This document shows positions 1 to 8,989 of a stretch of DNA of 64,000 nucleotides, piece after piece; within the stretch, counting starts at the first letter, position 1; every line of letters begins with the position of its first letter. The position numbers and the translations under genes are program-made. This DNA comes from Actinomycetota bacterium (GTDB taxonomy: Bacteria > Actinomycetota > Thermoleophilia > Gaiellales > Gaiellaceae), in the NCBI GenBank assembly GCA_046729255.1, contig JBKPGF010000021.1, positions 39,064 through 103,063 of the forward strand, in the 5' to 3' direction. The notes beneath the pieces were generated by a model. That model was not told the origin of the DNA. It saw only the letters and a program-made list of their open reading frames with translations, and ran no database searches.

Positions 1-2
1 CG

Positions 3-1394
3 ATGGGGGCCGCGCGAGTGGGTGTGCCGTCGCTCGTGGCGTTCCTTGCCCTCGGCATGCTCCTCGGCTCGGATGGACCGGGCGGGATCGAGTTCGACGA
101 TGCGGAGCTCGCACGTACGGTGGGTATCGCCGGGCTGGCAGCAATCCTCTTCGAGGGCGGCCTCTCTACGTCGTGGCGGCGCCTTCGCCGCGTGGCCGTG
201 CCCGCGACCCTCCTGGCGACGGTGGGGGTCATCGCGTCGACGCTCCTCACGGGGGTCGCCGCCTACTACCTCTTCGACCTCTCATGGCTCGAGTCGGTGC
301 TGCTCGGCGCCGTCGTGGCCTCGACGGACGCCGCAGCGGTGTTCGCGACGCTCAGGTACACGCACATCAGGCGCAGGCTTGCGCGGACGCTGGAGGCAGA
401 GACAGGTCTGAACGACCCCGTGGCGATCGCGCTCACGATCGGCCTGATCGCCTGGATCGAGGAAGAGAACTTCACGTTTCCGGACCTCGTGCTCGAAGTG
501 GTCCAGCAGCTCGGCATCGGTCTCGTCATCGGCGTCGTCCTGGCCGGCCTCGCGTTGTGGGTATTCGCGCGCCTGCCGCCTTCGATCGGGACGTTCGCGC
601 CCGTCGCCTCGGTCGCCGCCGCAGCCCTGTCCTTCGGTATTACCGATGTCGCGGGCGGCAGTGGCTTCCTCGCGGTGTATCTCGTCGGCCTGGCCGTCGG
701 CAGCACGCCGTCACGTCACCGTCGACAGCTCGTCGCGTTCCACGAGGGGCTGGCGTATCTCGCCCAGGTGGCGATGTTCATCGTCCTCGGCCTGCTCGTC
801 TTCCCGAGGGAGCTCCCCGACGTGGCGCTCGCGGGGCTGGCGCTCGCCGTGCTGCTGATGGTCGTCATCCGTCCGGCGTCCGTCTGGATCTCGACGGCGT
901 TGGGCTTCTTCTCGGCTCGCGAGAAGATCCTCCTCGGGTGGGCCGGCTTGCGCGGGGCCATCCCGATCGTGCTCGCAACGTTCGTCCTGTCGTCGGACGT
1001 CGGCAACGCCGAGACGATCTTCAACGCGGTCTTCTTCGTCGTCGTCGTGTCGGCGCTCGTGCAGGGAACGACGCTGGAATGGGTGGCGGAGCGTCTCGGG
1101 CTCGTCGACCCTCAACCCGAGGTGCATGCGGCCCCGTTGGAGGTCGACGCGCTCGGCAACCTCGAGCTCGTCGAGTTCGACGTCGCCGGCGACCACGCGA
1201 TCGCGGGTGCGTTCGTGCGGGAGCTCGGGCTGCCGCGCAGCGCCCTCATCGCGCTCGTGGCGCGCGGGAAGGACACGATCCCGCCACGCGGCAGAACCGT
1301 CATCGAGGCCGGGGACCGGCTCTTCGTGCTCCTGCCGCGCGAGAACCGGCCCGAGCTCGAGGACGTCTTCGAGCGCTGGCGGCGGCGCGTCTGA
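3..1394 (+). CDS. K+/H+ (cation:proton) antiporter, CPA1/NhaP2-like, with C-terminal TrkA-C (RCK_C) domain; 5' end outside window
   Basis: 463-aa ORF entering from the window edge. Many hydrophobic helices with antiporter-like motifs (ASTDAAAV, ETGLNDPVAIAL, GLRGAIPIVLA). Soluble tail LELVEFDV...GDRLFVLLP is typical of TrkA-C. Confidence 0.8.
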   Translation: MGAARVGVPSLVAFLALGMLLGSDGPGGIEFDDAELARTVGIAGLAAILFEGGLSTSWRRLRRVAVPATLLATVGVIASTLLTGVAAYYLFDLSWLESVLLGAVVASTDAAAVFATLRYTHIRRRLARTLEAETGLNDPVAIALTIGLIAWIEEENFTFPDLVLEVVQQLGIGLVIGVVLAGLALWVFARLPPSIGTFAPVASVAAAALSFGITDVAGGSGFLAVYLVGLAVGSTPSRHRRQLVAFHEGLAYLAQVAMFIVLGLLVFPRELPDVALAGLALAVLLMVVIRPASVWISTALGFFSAREKILLGWAGLRGAIPIVLATFVLSSDVGNAETIFNAVFFVVVVSALVQGTTLEWVAERLGLVDPQPEVHAAPLEVDALGNLELVEFDVAGDHAIAGAFVRELGLPRSALIALVARGKDTIPPRGRTVIEAGDRLFVLLPRENRPELEDVFERWRRRV

Positions 1395-1720
1395 TCAGGC
1401 ACGCGCGATGAGGATGCGGAACTCGTTCTCGAGGTGGTAAGCGCCCTCTGGCGTCCGATGAGGCGCAAGTCCCTCGACTATCGCCGCCTTGACAGCTTCC
1501 TCGTGCCCGGGGCGACAAGAGAGGCGATGCCGGCGGGAGCGACGAGCGCACGGCCGAGGCTGTCCTCGTCCGGATACTCGTAAGCCCAGGAGACTTCGAA
1601 GGCGTTCTCGGGCGAGAGCCCAGCCTCGACGGCGACGAGGCGCCCGCCTGTCTCGATCCAGGCGCGGAGCGCCGTACCGGCGTACGCCGCTCGCCCGCGT
1701 GCACGGTCGAACGCGGCAGA
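1395..1720 (-). pseudogene. 3' remnant of a class I SAM-dependent methyltransferase gene, frameshifted
   Basis: Minus strand reads ...GTALRAWIETGGRLVAVEAGLSPENAFEVSWAYEYPDEDSLGRALVAPAGIASLVAPG. After a 1-nt frame change near 1478-1482 it continues HEEAVKAAIVEGLAPHRTPEGAYHLENEFRILIARA-stop (stop 1395-1397). This resembles the C-terminal ~110 aa of a methyltransferase family. No SAM-binding N-terminal half is present upstream. Confidence 0.45.
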
Positions 1721-1751
1721 GGCAGCCCGCGCGCAGCGGCCTCCACCGCCG

Positions 1752-2165
1752 TCAGGCGATGCAGGCGTCGATCGCGGGCGCGACCGTCGGGTGCTCCCAG
1801 ACGAGCAGTGTCTTCCCGGCTCTGCGAGCCGTGAATGCATCGCCTTCCTGTGCGACCATCCCACGAAGCGTTGTCTCGAACGCCTCCGCCTCCTCCTCGC
1901 CCTTGCCCACGAAGAGCATCGCGCGGTCGGAGCCGTAGATGACGAAGTAGAACCGAGCGTCCTCGAGCTCGGGATACGACTCCACGCGATCGAGGCTGCG
2001 GACGGCGAACGCGTACGGGAACATCTGCCCGAAGCGTGGGTTCTCCTGCACCGTTGCGCCGGCGTCCGCGATGCAGTCGGTGACGGCTTCGGCATCGCCG
2101 CCGCGGCCGAGCATGAACCAGCCCACGGCCAGCGCCAGCGCAGCTCCCACGGCAATGCGTGCCAT
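1752..2165 (-). CDS. hypothetical secreted or membrane-anchored protein
   Basis: 137-aa ORF with an N-terminal hydrophobic segment (MARIAVGAALALAVGWFML). Codon usage is GC3-rich like its neighbours. No family recognised. Confidence 0.55.
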   Translation of the reverse strand: MARIAVGAALALAVGWFMLGRGGDAEAVTDCIADAGATVQENPRFGQMFPYAFAVRSLDRVESYPELEDARFYFVIYGSDRAMLFVGKGEEEAEAFETTLRGMVAQEGDAFTARRAGKTLLVWEHPTVAPAIDACIA

Positions 2166-2192
2166 GGACTCGCTATCGGCACGAGGCTGTTG

Positions 2193-2510
2193 TCACAAGA
2201 GTCGTCTCGGCGCCCGCAGTTCCCATGCTTCCGTCAATAGCTCCACCAGGGCGTCCTTCTGCGCATGCGGGAGCTTCACCCGTACTGCCGCGAGCTTCTT
2301 GCCCCACCACACCTCCTCGTACGTTTCGGGATCGCGGTGGATCGCGGTGAGAATCCCGCCCTCGTCGAGCATGACGTTCAGATGGCTCTCGTACCAGAGC
2401 GTCGCGAAGATCTTGCCCGCGACGCGGAAAGACGGCCGGCCGTGATGATCCTGCTCGACCGCTTCGGGCAGTGCCAGGGCGAGCCGGCGTGCGTGCTCGA
2501 CGGAGACCAT
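2193..2510 (-). CDS. MmcQ/YjbR family DNA-binding protein
   Basis: 105 aa. Pattern ALALPEAVEQDHHGRPSFRVAGKIFATL...WWGKKLAAVRVKL is typical of the YjbR/MmcQ fold family. Confidence 0.7.
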   Translation of the reverse strand: MVSVEHARRLALALPEAVEQDHHGRPSFRVAGKIFATLWYESHLNVMLDEGGILTAIHRDPETYEEVWWGKKLAAVRVKLPHAQKDALVELLTEAWELRAPRRLL

Positions 2511-2520
2511 GCCGGGAGGG

Positions 2521-2910
2521 CTACTCGTACTGTCCGACGCTGAGGATGTTGCCGTCTGGGTCCTTGAACCAGGCCGCCTTTGCGTCGCCGATCGTCGCGA
2601 TCCCGTTCTCCGTCTTGATGTCGCCCATGTCGTACTCCTCGAAGGTCACGCCGCGCCCGCGGAGCTCTTCGACAGCCGCATCGATGTCGTCGACGACGAA
2701 GCCGAGCAGCGTGTGGCGGCTCTGGCCGGCGCCGACGCTCTTGTAGACGAGCAGCGAGCTCCCGCCGATTCCGTAGCGGATCATCGGATTCGGCTGTGGA
2801 TCCTCGTACCGCTGGAGCTCCTCCAGACCGAGTGTCTCGCCGTAGAACGAGGCGGCGCGGTCGAGGTCGGAGACCGGCACCACGGGCTCCGCTTTTGCAT
2901 CGGTGAACAT
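2521..2910 (-). CDS. VOC (glyoxalase/bleomycin-resistance/dioxygenase) family protein
   Basis: Start at the ATG at 2910 is preferred because it follows AAGGGGGA. Motifs VSDLDRAASFYGETLGL and WFKDPDGNILSV are typical VOC beta-alpha-beta-beta-beta modules. The track ORF extends to 2940 (GTG). Confidence 0.75.
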   Translation of the reverse strand: MFTDAKAEPVVPVSDLDRAASFYGETLGLEELQRYEDPQPNPMIRYGIGGSSLLVYKSVGAGQSRHTLLGFVVDDIDAAVEELRGRGVTFEEYDMGDIKTENGIATIGDAKAAWFKDPDGNILSVGQYE

Positions 2911-2960
2911 GCGTTCCCCCTTTCGCGTCGAGCCTGACACTGGAGGGTACGGTACGGAGG

Positions 2961-3869
2961 ATGAAGCTCGAAGGCGTCCACCACGTCACCTGCATCACCG
3001 GTGACGCCCCGCAGAACGTCGAGTACTACACGGGCACCCTCGGCCTCCGGCTCGTGAAGAAGACCGTGAACCAGGACGATCCGACGGTCTACCACCTGTT
3101 CTACGCGGACGAGCAAGGCAGTCCCGGCTCGGACATCACGTTCTTCGAGTACCCGCACGCCGCTCCTGGACACGCGGGCGCCGGGATGGTGCACCGAGTC
3201 GTCTGGCGCGTGGCGTCGAACGACGCGCTCGACTTCTGGGAGCAGCGCGTGGGAGGCGAGCGCGGTGACGGTGTTCTCCGCTTCAGAGATCCGGAAGGGC
3301 TCGAGCACGAGCTGGCGGCCGTGGAGACGGACGACCCGCCGCTCATCGCCGACCATCCCGAGATCCCGAGGGAGCTCGCCCTTCAGGGGTTCGACGGCAT
3401 CCGGGCCTTCGCGACAGACCCGGAGGCGAGCCGCCAGGCGCTCGAGGAGGCGCTCGCGTTCGACCCCGTCGCTCAAAGCGCGTGGGAGGCGCGTGGCCGG
3501 GAGCGGGGAGGCTTCTACGCGTACGACGCGGCGCCGGCGCAGCGCGGGGTGATGGGCGCCGGCGCCGTCCACCACGTCGCGTGGGCGTCGCCGATGGACG
3601 ACCACGAGGGCTGGCAGCGGCGCGTGGCTTCCGCCGGCCTCCGGCCGACGCCGATCATCGACCGCTTCTGGTTCCGCTCGATCTACTTCCGTGAGCCGAG
3701 CGGCGTGCTCTTCGAGATCGCCACCCTCGGGCCCGGCTTCGGCGTGGACGAGGATCCCGAGCACCTGGGCGAGGCTCTCGTGCTTCCGCCCGACTTCGAG
3801 CATCTCCGTGACCGGCTGGAGCAGGTACTGACACCGCTTCCGAGCCCCCGCAGCCCGGTGGTACCCTAG
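2961..3869 (+). CDS. ring-cleaving dioxygenase, two-VOC-domain (MhqO/YfiE-like)
   Basis: 302 aa. N-terminus LEGVHHVTCITGDAPQNVEYYTGTLGLRLVKKTVNQDDPTVYHLFYADEQGSPGSDITFFEYP is characteristic of this family. A second VOC repeat is present (VHHVAW...YFREPSGVLFEIAT). Confidence 0.8.
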   Translation: MKLEGVHHVTCITGDAPQNVEYYTGTLGLRLVKKTVNQDDPTVYHLFYADEQGSPGSDITFFEYPHAAPGHAGAGMVHRVVWRVASNDALDFWEQRVGGERGDGVLRFRDPEGLEHELAAVETDDPPLIADHPEIPRELALQGFDGIRAFATDPEASRQALEEALAFDPVAQSAWEARGRERGGFYAYDAAPAQRGVMGAGAVHHVAWASPMDDHEGWQRRVASAGLRPTPIIDRFWFRSIYFREPSGVLFEIATLGPGFGVDEDPEHLGEALVLPPDFEHLRDRLEQVLTPLPSPRSPVVP

Positions 3870-3874
3870 CCCTC

Positions 3875-4093
3875 ATGCCAGGCTGGATCGGACCGGGCGA
3901 GATCATCATCCTCCTCATCGTCGCGCTGCTGGTCTTCGGGCCGAAGAAGCTGCCCGAGATGGGCCGCTCGATCGGCAAGGGCATGCGGGAGTTCAAGAAC
4001 TCGATCAGCATCGATGACGATGACGATGTGTCGCCTGAGCTGCCCGAGGAGACGCCTCGGGCGACGCCGAAGCGCGACACCACGACGACGTAG
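3875..4093 (+). CDS. tatA: twin-arginine translocase subunit TatA/E
   Basis: 72 aa. N-terminal TM helix plus amphipathic helix: GEIIILLIVALLVFGPKKLPEMGRSIGKGMREFK. Confidence 0.9.
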   Translation: MPGWIGPGEIIILLIVALLVFGPKKLPEMGRSIGKGMREFKNSISIDDDDDVSPELPEETPRATPKRDTTTT

Positions 4094-4099
4094 CTAGCT

Positions 4100-4885
4100 A
4101 TGCGCCGAGTCATTCCTCGGCGACTCGCGCCCGGGGAAGAGGCGCCGCTCGTCGAACATCTTGGAGAGCTGCGGGCAAGGCTCGTCTGGTGCCTCGTCGC
4201 GATCGGTGCCGCGTTCATCGTCACCTTCGCGTTCCACGACACGATCATCGGCTGGCTCAACCGGCCGCTCGACGAAGGCGTGAAGCCGACGACGTTCGCC
4301 GTGGCAGAGCCGTTCATGACGTCGTTCATGATCAGCTTCTGGGCGGCGGTGGCGATCGCGCTCCCCGTCATCCTCTGGCAGCTGTGGAGCTTCCTCGCCC
4401 CGGCGTTCTACGAGCACACGCAGCGGGTCGTCCTCGGGTTCGTGGCGTTCGCGACGACGCTGTTCCTCGGCGGGCTGTTCTTCGCGTACTTCGTCGCACT
4501 GCCCGCGGCGGTCCAGTTCCTCACGAACTTCGACTCCGACCTCTACGACATCCAGATCCGAGCCAGGGACTACTACACCTTCGTCATGTGGGTGTTGATC
4601 GCGCTCTCGGTCGTGTTCGAGCTGCCGATCTTCATCCTCGCCCTTGCGCGGCTGGGGATCGTCCCGTCGTCGAAGCTGCGCCGCAACCGGAGGATCGGCT
4701 ACGTGGCCGTGACTGCGCTCGCGGTCGCGATGCCGGGGGTCGATCCGGTGACGCTGATCTTCACGATGATCCCGTTGCTCTTCCTGTTCGAGTTATCGAT
4801 CTGGCTGGCGATCTTCTTCGACAGGCGCTGGCAGCGGGCTGCCGACGCGCGCGACGCGGCCTTCGAGGCCGGAGCGGACGCGTAG
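4100..4885 (+). CDS. tatC: twin-arginine translocase subunit TatC
   Basis: 261 aa with six hydrophobic helices. TatC-like N-terminus (PLVEHLGELRARL). Lies directly downstream of tatA. Confidence 0.9.
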   Translation: MRRVIPRRLAPGEEAPLVEHLGELRARLVWCLVAIGAAFIVTFAFHDTIIGWLNRPLDEGVKPTTFAVAEPFMTSFMISFWAAVAIALPVILWQLWSFLAPAFYEHTQRVVLGFVAFATTLFLGGLFFAYFVALPAAVQFLTNFDSDLYDIQIRARDYYTFVMWVLIALSVVFELPIFILALARLGIVPSSKLRRNRRIGYVAVTALAVAMPGVDPVTLIFTMIPLLFLFELSIWLAIFFDRRWQRAADARDAAFEAGADA

Positions 4886-4889
4886 CGCC

Positions 4890-6779
4890 TTGAAAGTCGT
4901 CCTCCCCGACAGGTCGGAGCTCGAGCTGCCCGACGGCGCATCCGGGCTCGACGCCGCGAAGGCGATCGGCCCGAAGCTGGCCGAGCAGGCTGTGCTCGTG
5001 CGCTCGAACGGCCACGTCCAGGACCTGCGGCTGCCGCTCACGGACGGCGGCGAGATCGAGATCCTCACGACGCGTAACACCGACGACCCCGACGCGCTCT
5101 CCGTCCTTCGCCATTCGTCGGCGCATCTGCTCGCGGAAGCAGTCCGTCGCCTGTACCCGGGCGTGAAGATCGCCATCGGCCCGCCCGTCGAGAACGGCTT
5201 CTACTACGACTTCGAGTTCTCGGAGCCGATCCACGAGGCCGACCTCGAGCGGATCGAGGAGGAGATGCGCCGCCAGCTCGCCGAAGGGCGCGAATGGACT
5301 CGCGCGGAGACCTCGCGCGACGAGGCGCGGGAGCGCTTCGCCGCGGAGGGCGAGACGTACAAGGTCGAGCTCGTCGACACTGCCGAAGGGGACATCTCGC
5401 TCTACACCCAGGGCGAGTTCACCGACCTCTGCCGCGGGCCGCACCTCCAGGACTCGAAGCCGATCAAGGCGCTCAAGCTCACCGGGCTGGCCGGGGCGTA
5501 CTGGCGTGGCGACGAGAAGAACACCCAGCTGACCCGGATCTACGGGACGGCGTTCTACTCGCAGGAGGACCTCGACGCGCATCTCGAGCAGCTCGAGCAG
5601 GCGAAGCGACGCGACCATCGGCTGCTCGGTCGCCAGCTCGACCTCTTCCATGCGTCCGAGTTCTCGCCCGGCGCCGCGCTCTGGACGCCGAAGGGCATGG
5701 CGATCTGGAATGCGCTCGAAGACTTGCGCCGCGCCGAGAACGCCAAGCGCGGGTATCAGGAGGTGAAGACGCCGCTCATGTGGGACGTCGAGCTCTGGAA
5801 GCGCTCCGGCCACTGGGAGAAGTACCACGACGCTCTGTTCCAGGTCGCGCACGGGGATTCGCTGTACGGCCTGAAGCCGATGAATTGCCCCGGACACATG
5901 CTGCTCTTCAACACGAAGCTGCGCAGCTACCGAGATCTGCCGATCCGCTACGCGGAGGCGGCAGTTCTCCACCGCGACGAGCCCACCGGGACGCTCCAGG
6001 GGATCACACGTGCGCGGCAGTTTTCTCAGGACGACGCGCACGTGTTCTGCACCGAAGAGCAGATCGAGGAGGAGATCGACGCGATGTTCGACTACGTCGG
6101 CTTCCTCTACGACCGGTTCGGCGTTCGTGACATCGCCCACGCCGAGCTCGCGACGCGGCCAGACAACAAGCTCGGGACGGAGGAGGACTGGGACTACACC
6201 GAAGGGGTCCTCCGCGCGGCGGTCGAGCGCCAGGGCATTCCGTACCGGATCGCGGAAGGCGAGGGGGCGTTCTACGGCCCGAAGATCGACTTCTTCATGG
6301 ACGACGCCCACGGCCGGCCGTGGCAGATGGGCACGATCCAGCTCGACGGCCAGCAGCCGGCGCGTCTCGGTTGCACGTACATGGGCGCGGACAACGCCGA
6401 GCACATGCCCTACCTGCTGCACCGGGCGCTCTTCGGATCGCTCGAGCGCTTCATCGGCATCCTCATCGAGCACTACGGCGGCGACTTCCCGCTCTGGCTC
6501 GCGCCGGTGCAGGTGCGCCTGATCCCTGTCGGCGAGAGCCACCGGCCTGCAGTCGCGGGCATCCGGACGAGGCTCGTGGACGGCGGCGCACGTGCCGATG
6601 TCGACGAGCGTGACGAGACGGTCTCCAAGCGCATCCGCGACGCGGAGCTGGAGAAGATCCCGCGCGTCGTCGTGTACGGAGACAAGGAGTCCGAGGGGGC
6701 GCTGGCCGTGCGGGAGCGCGGCGGCGGCCAGTCGACCCGTAGTCTTGACGAGCTGCTCGCCGAGCTTGCTAGCCTGTAG
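4890..6779 (+). CDS. thrS: threonine--tRNA ligase
   Basis: 629 aa, TTG start. TGS domain, editing-domain motif HSSAHLL, class II core (LHRDEPTGTLQGITRARQFSQDDAH, GAFYGPKIDF) and anticodon-binding C-terminus. Confidence 0.95.
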   Translation: MKVVLPDRSELELPDGASGLDAAKAIGPKLAEQAVLVRSNGHVQDLRLPLTDGGEIEILTTRNTDDPDALSVLRHSSAHLLAEAVRRLYPGVKIAIGPPVENGFYYDFEFSEPIHEADLERIEEEMRRQLAEGREWTRAETSRDEARERFAAEGETYKVELVDTAEGDISLYTQGEFTDLCRGPHLQDSKPIKALKLTGLAGAYWRGDEKNTQLTRIYGTAFYSQEDLDAHLEQLEQAKRRDHRLLGRQLDLFHASEFSPGAALWTPKGMAIWNALEDLRRAENAKRGYQEVKTPLMWDVELWKRSGHWEKYHDALFQVAHGDSLYGLKPMNCPGHMLLFNTKLRSYRDLPIRYAEAAVLHRDEPTGTLQGITRARQFSQDDAHVFCTEEQIEEEIDAMFDYVGFLYDRFGVRDIAHAELATRPDNKLGTEEDWDYTEGVLRAAVERQGIPYRIAEGEGAFYGPKIDFFMDDAHGRPWQMGTIQLDGQQPARLGCTYMGADNAEHMPYLLHRALFGSLERFIGILIEHYGGDFPLWLAPVQVRLIPVGESHRPAVAGIRTRLVDGGARADVDERDETVSKRIRDAELEKIPRVVVYGDKESEGALAVRERGGGQSTRSLDELLAELASL

Positions 6780-6930
6780 GGCCTGCGAAGCAGGAGCGGC
6801 ACCGTTCCTCACCTCCCGAGCTCGAGGCTCCGTGGAGGTTCAACCGAGTCGCAACGACGAGGATCGGGGCCGCTTGCGTAGCGGTTTCGTCGTTCGATCA
6901 GGAGGATAGAGGCGGCTTGGTGACAGTTCT
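6780..6930 (+). promoter_or_regulatory. structured thrS-infC spacer/leader with strong SD and mini-uORF (candidate IF3/L20 autoregulatory leader)
   Basis: Imperfect long hairpin: AACGACGA (6853-6860) pairs with TCGTCGTT (6887-6894). It has an inner stem CCGCT/AGCGG. AGGAGG follows at 6900-6905, then a TTG-GTG-ACA-GTT-CTT-TGA mini-ORF at 6917-6934. Confidence 0.3.
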
Positions 6931-7536
6931 TTGAGACCGAGACGGTTTGTAGAGCCCGTCCGTCCGGTCCCCCAGACCCGGGTCAACGACTCGATCCGCG
7001 TGCCGCGTGTGCGGCTGATCGACGAAGGTGGCGAGCAGTTGGGGATCAAGCCCACGCCGGAAGCCCTCGAGTACGCGTACTCGAAGGGACTCGACCTCGT
7101 CGAGGTCGCCGCGCAGGCGGATCCGCCGGTGGCGAGGGTCATGGATTACGGCAAGTACCGCTACGAGCAGGAGCAGAAGGCCAAGCTCGCCCGCAAGCAC
7201 CAGTCCCAGATCCACGTCAAGGAGATCAAGCTCAGACCGAAGATCGGAGTCCACGACTACGAGACCAAGAAGGGCCACGTCCTTCGCTTCCTCGGGCAGC
7301 GCGCCAAGGTGAAGGTCACGATCATGTTCCGGGGGCGGGAGACCCTCCATCCGGAGCGCGGACGTGACCTGCTCATGCGGCTCGCAGACGATGTCGCCGA
7401 GCTCGGCCACATCGAGGCTCAGCCCGAGGTGGACGGACGGAACATGGTCATGGTGCTCGCGCCGACGAAGGCCGCAGGCAAGGAGCGGCCGGCCGGTGAG
7501 GCGGAGGCCGAGGTCACGAGCGCAACCGGAAGCTAG
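6931..7536 (+). CDS. infC: translation initiation factor IF-3
   Basis: [22 protein letters not shown] and [17 protein letters not shown] motifs. The only canonical in-frame start after the TAG at 6907 is TTG 6931, which lies 25 nt from the SD, so the start is uncertain. Confidence 0.9.
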   Translation: MRPRRFVEPVRPVPQTRVNDSIRVPRVRLIDEGGEQLGIKPTPEALEYAYSKGLDLVEVAAQADPPVARVMDYGKYRYEQEQKAKLARKHQSQIHVKEIKLRPKIGVHDYETKKGHVLRFLGQRAKVKVTIMFRGRETLHPERGRDLLMRLADDVAELGHIEAQPEVDGRNMVMVLAPTKAAGKERPAGEAEAEVTSATGS

Positions 7537-7542
7537 GTACAC

Positions 7543-7743
7543 ATGCCGAAACAGAAGACATCCAGCGCCGCAAAGAAGCGGTTCAAGGTCACGGGGTCGG
7601 GCAAGATCCTGCGCCGCCATGCGATGCAGAGCCACAACCTCGAGAAGAAGTCGGCCAAGCGCAAGCGTGACTTCGCACGCGACGAGGCCGTGCACAAGTC
7701 GGACCTCCGCGAGGTACGCAAGCTCCTGGGGCGTGGGTCCTAA
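7543..7743 (+). CDS. rpmI: 50S ribosomal protein L35
   Basis: [37 protein letters not shown]. Confidence 0.95.
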   Translation: MPKQKTSSAAKKRFKVTGSGKILRRHAMQSHNLEKKSAKRKRDFARDEAVHKSDLREVRKLLGRGS

Positions 7744-8150
7744 TGCCGCGGGTGAAGCGATCCGTCGCCGCTCGCAAGAAGCGCCGCAAGGTGCTCGAGC
7801 AGGCGAAGGGCTATTGGGGCCTGAAGCACACGAGCTACACGCGGGCGAAAGAACAGGTCGACAAGTCCCTCGTCTACGCCTACCGCGACCGGCGCGTGCG
7901 CAAGCGCTCGATGCGGAGTCTCTGGATCATCCGCATCAACGCCGCTGCGCGGCGTGAGGGCCTCTCGTACAACCAGTTCATCGCCGGCTGCAAGAAGGCC
8001 GAGATCGAGCTCGACCGCAAGGTGCTCGCAGATCTCGCGGTCAGCGACCCCGCAGCCTTCACCGCGATCGCCGAGAAGGCCAAAGCCGCCCTCGCACCAC
8101 CGGACGCTCAGGGCTCCAGCCGGGCGAAGCCCGGCTCCGCCCAGAGCTAG
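7743..8150 (+). CDS. rplT: 50S ribosomal protein L20 (with short Ala/Pro-rich C-terminal extension)
   Basis: [31 protein letters not shown] overlap with rpmI. Confidence 0.95.
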   Translation: MPRVKRSVAARKKRRKVLEQAKGYWGLKHTSYTRAKEQVDKSLVYAYRDRRVRKRSMRSLWIIRINAAARREGLSYNQFIAGCKKAEIELDRKVLADLAVSDPAAFTAIAEKAKAALAPPDAQGSSRAKPGSAQS

Positions 8151-8181
8151 CGCCGCTCGCGGCAGGATGCTCCGCCCTCGT

Positions 8182-8199
8182 CGCGAGTCCGTACTCGCG
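8182..8199 (+). terminator. weak hairpin downstream of rplT
   Basis: CGCGAGT-CCGT-ACTCGCG, a 7-bp stem followed by TGTACTGT. No real U-tract. Confidence 0.2.
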
Positions 8200-8279
8200 T
8201 GTACTGTCCTCGCTCCTCGGGCTAGCCTCCTTGGCGAGCGGCGCTCCGGAGGCGCGAGGACGAAGACTCGGCGGCCGAG

Positions 8280-8966
8280 GTGATCACCTCGGCGGCCAAC
8301 CCGCGGCTCAAGCTGATCCGTCGGCTGCGCTCGGCGCCGCAGCGCAAGCGGCTCGGGCTGTTCGTCGTCGAGGGTGAGGATCTCCTCCAGGCCGGGATCG
8401 ACGCGGGACTCGACCCTGAGGACGTGCTCACCGCCGGCGTCGACGTCGAGCCGAAGCTGCTCGCCGACGTGTCGGAGCTCGCGCATCCGGCGAGGGTAAT
8501 CGCGGTGTTCCGGCGGGACGGTCTCGAGAAGGCGGAGCCAGGCACGACCGGGCTCGCGCTGTGGCACGTCGCCGATCCCGGGAACGTCGGCACCCTCATC
8601 CGGACGGCGGACGCGTTCCGCTCCTTCGTCGCGCTCTCAGCCGGCTGCGCCGACCCCACGTCGCCGAAGTCGCTGCGCGCGTCGGCGGGCGCGATCTTTC
8701 GCGTGCCGCTCCTCGACTTCGACGCAGCCCCGGCGCCGAGGATCGCGCTCGTCGCGCACGACGGCACGCCGCTCACAGACCTTCGGCTGCCCGAGCGCGT
8801 GACGTTCGTGCTCGGGGCCGAGCGCGAAGGCGTGCCGGAGGACGTGCTCGATCGGTGCGACGCCGTGGCAACGATCCCGATGCGTGAGAGCGCAGAGTCG
8901 CTGAATGTGGCTATCGCCGGAGCGATGGCCCTCTATGAGCACTCCCGCCGAAAGTCCAACGCGTAA
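8280..8966 (+). CDS. TrmH/SpoU family RNA 2'-O-methyltransferase (TsnR/RlmB-like)
   Basis: 228 aa. SpoU motifs DPGNVGTLIRTADAF, LGAEREGV and IPM..SAESLNVAIAGAMALYE. Conserved position after rplT. Confidence 0.8.
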   Translation: MITSAANPRLKLIRRLRSAPQRKRLGLFVVEGEDLLQAGIDAGLDPEDVLTAGVDVEPKLLADVSELAHPARVIAVFRRDGLEKAEPGTTGLALWHVADPGNVGTLIRTADAFRSFVALSAGCADPTSPKSLRASAGAIFRVPLLDFDAAPAPRIALVAHDGTPLTDLRLPERVTFVLGAEREGVPEDVLDRCDAVATIPMRESAESLNVAIAGAMALYEHSRRKSNA

Positions 8967-8985
8967 GCGAACTGGACTTTCGGCG
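8946..8985. repeat. conserved 40-nt hairpin, copy 1 (13-bp stem, 14-nt loop)
   Basis: CGCCGAAAGTCCA-ACGCGTAAGCGAAC-TGGACTTTCGGCG. It contains the trmH stop codon (8964-8966) in its loop. It lies 4 nt beyond the stop of the convergent DUF2207 gene. 37/40 nt are identical to copy 2. Confidence 0.85.
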
Positions 8986-8989
8986 CCCG

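Noticed and set aside
4761-6812. Very long antisense and alternate-frame ORFs. Examples: 683 aa antisense to thrS; 23700-25004, 24785-26356, 27312-28967 (5' part), 45537-47366 and 62064-63869 on the minus strand; the 41736-44933 1065-aa fusion frame on the plus strand.
   Set aside because: They are Arg/Ala/Gly/Pro-rich products typical of off-frame translation in high-GC DNA. Each overlaps a gene with unmistakable conserved motifs on the other strand or frame, and none shows family motifs of its own.
6828-6850. tRNA-like T-loop string GGAGGTTCAACCGAG in the thrS-infC spacer.
   Set aside because: No complementary T-stem, acceptor stem or anticodon arm can be drawn around it. No tRNA or rRNA gene is supported anywhere in the window.
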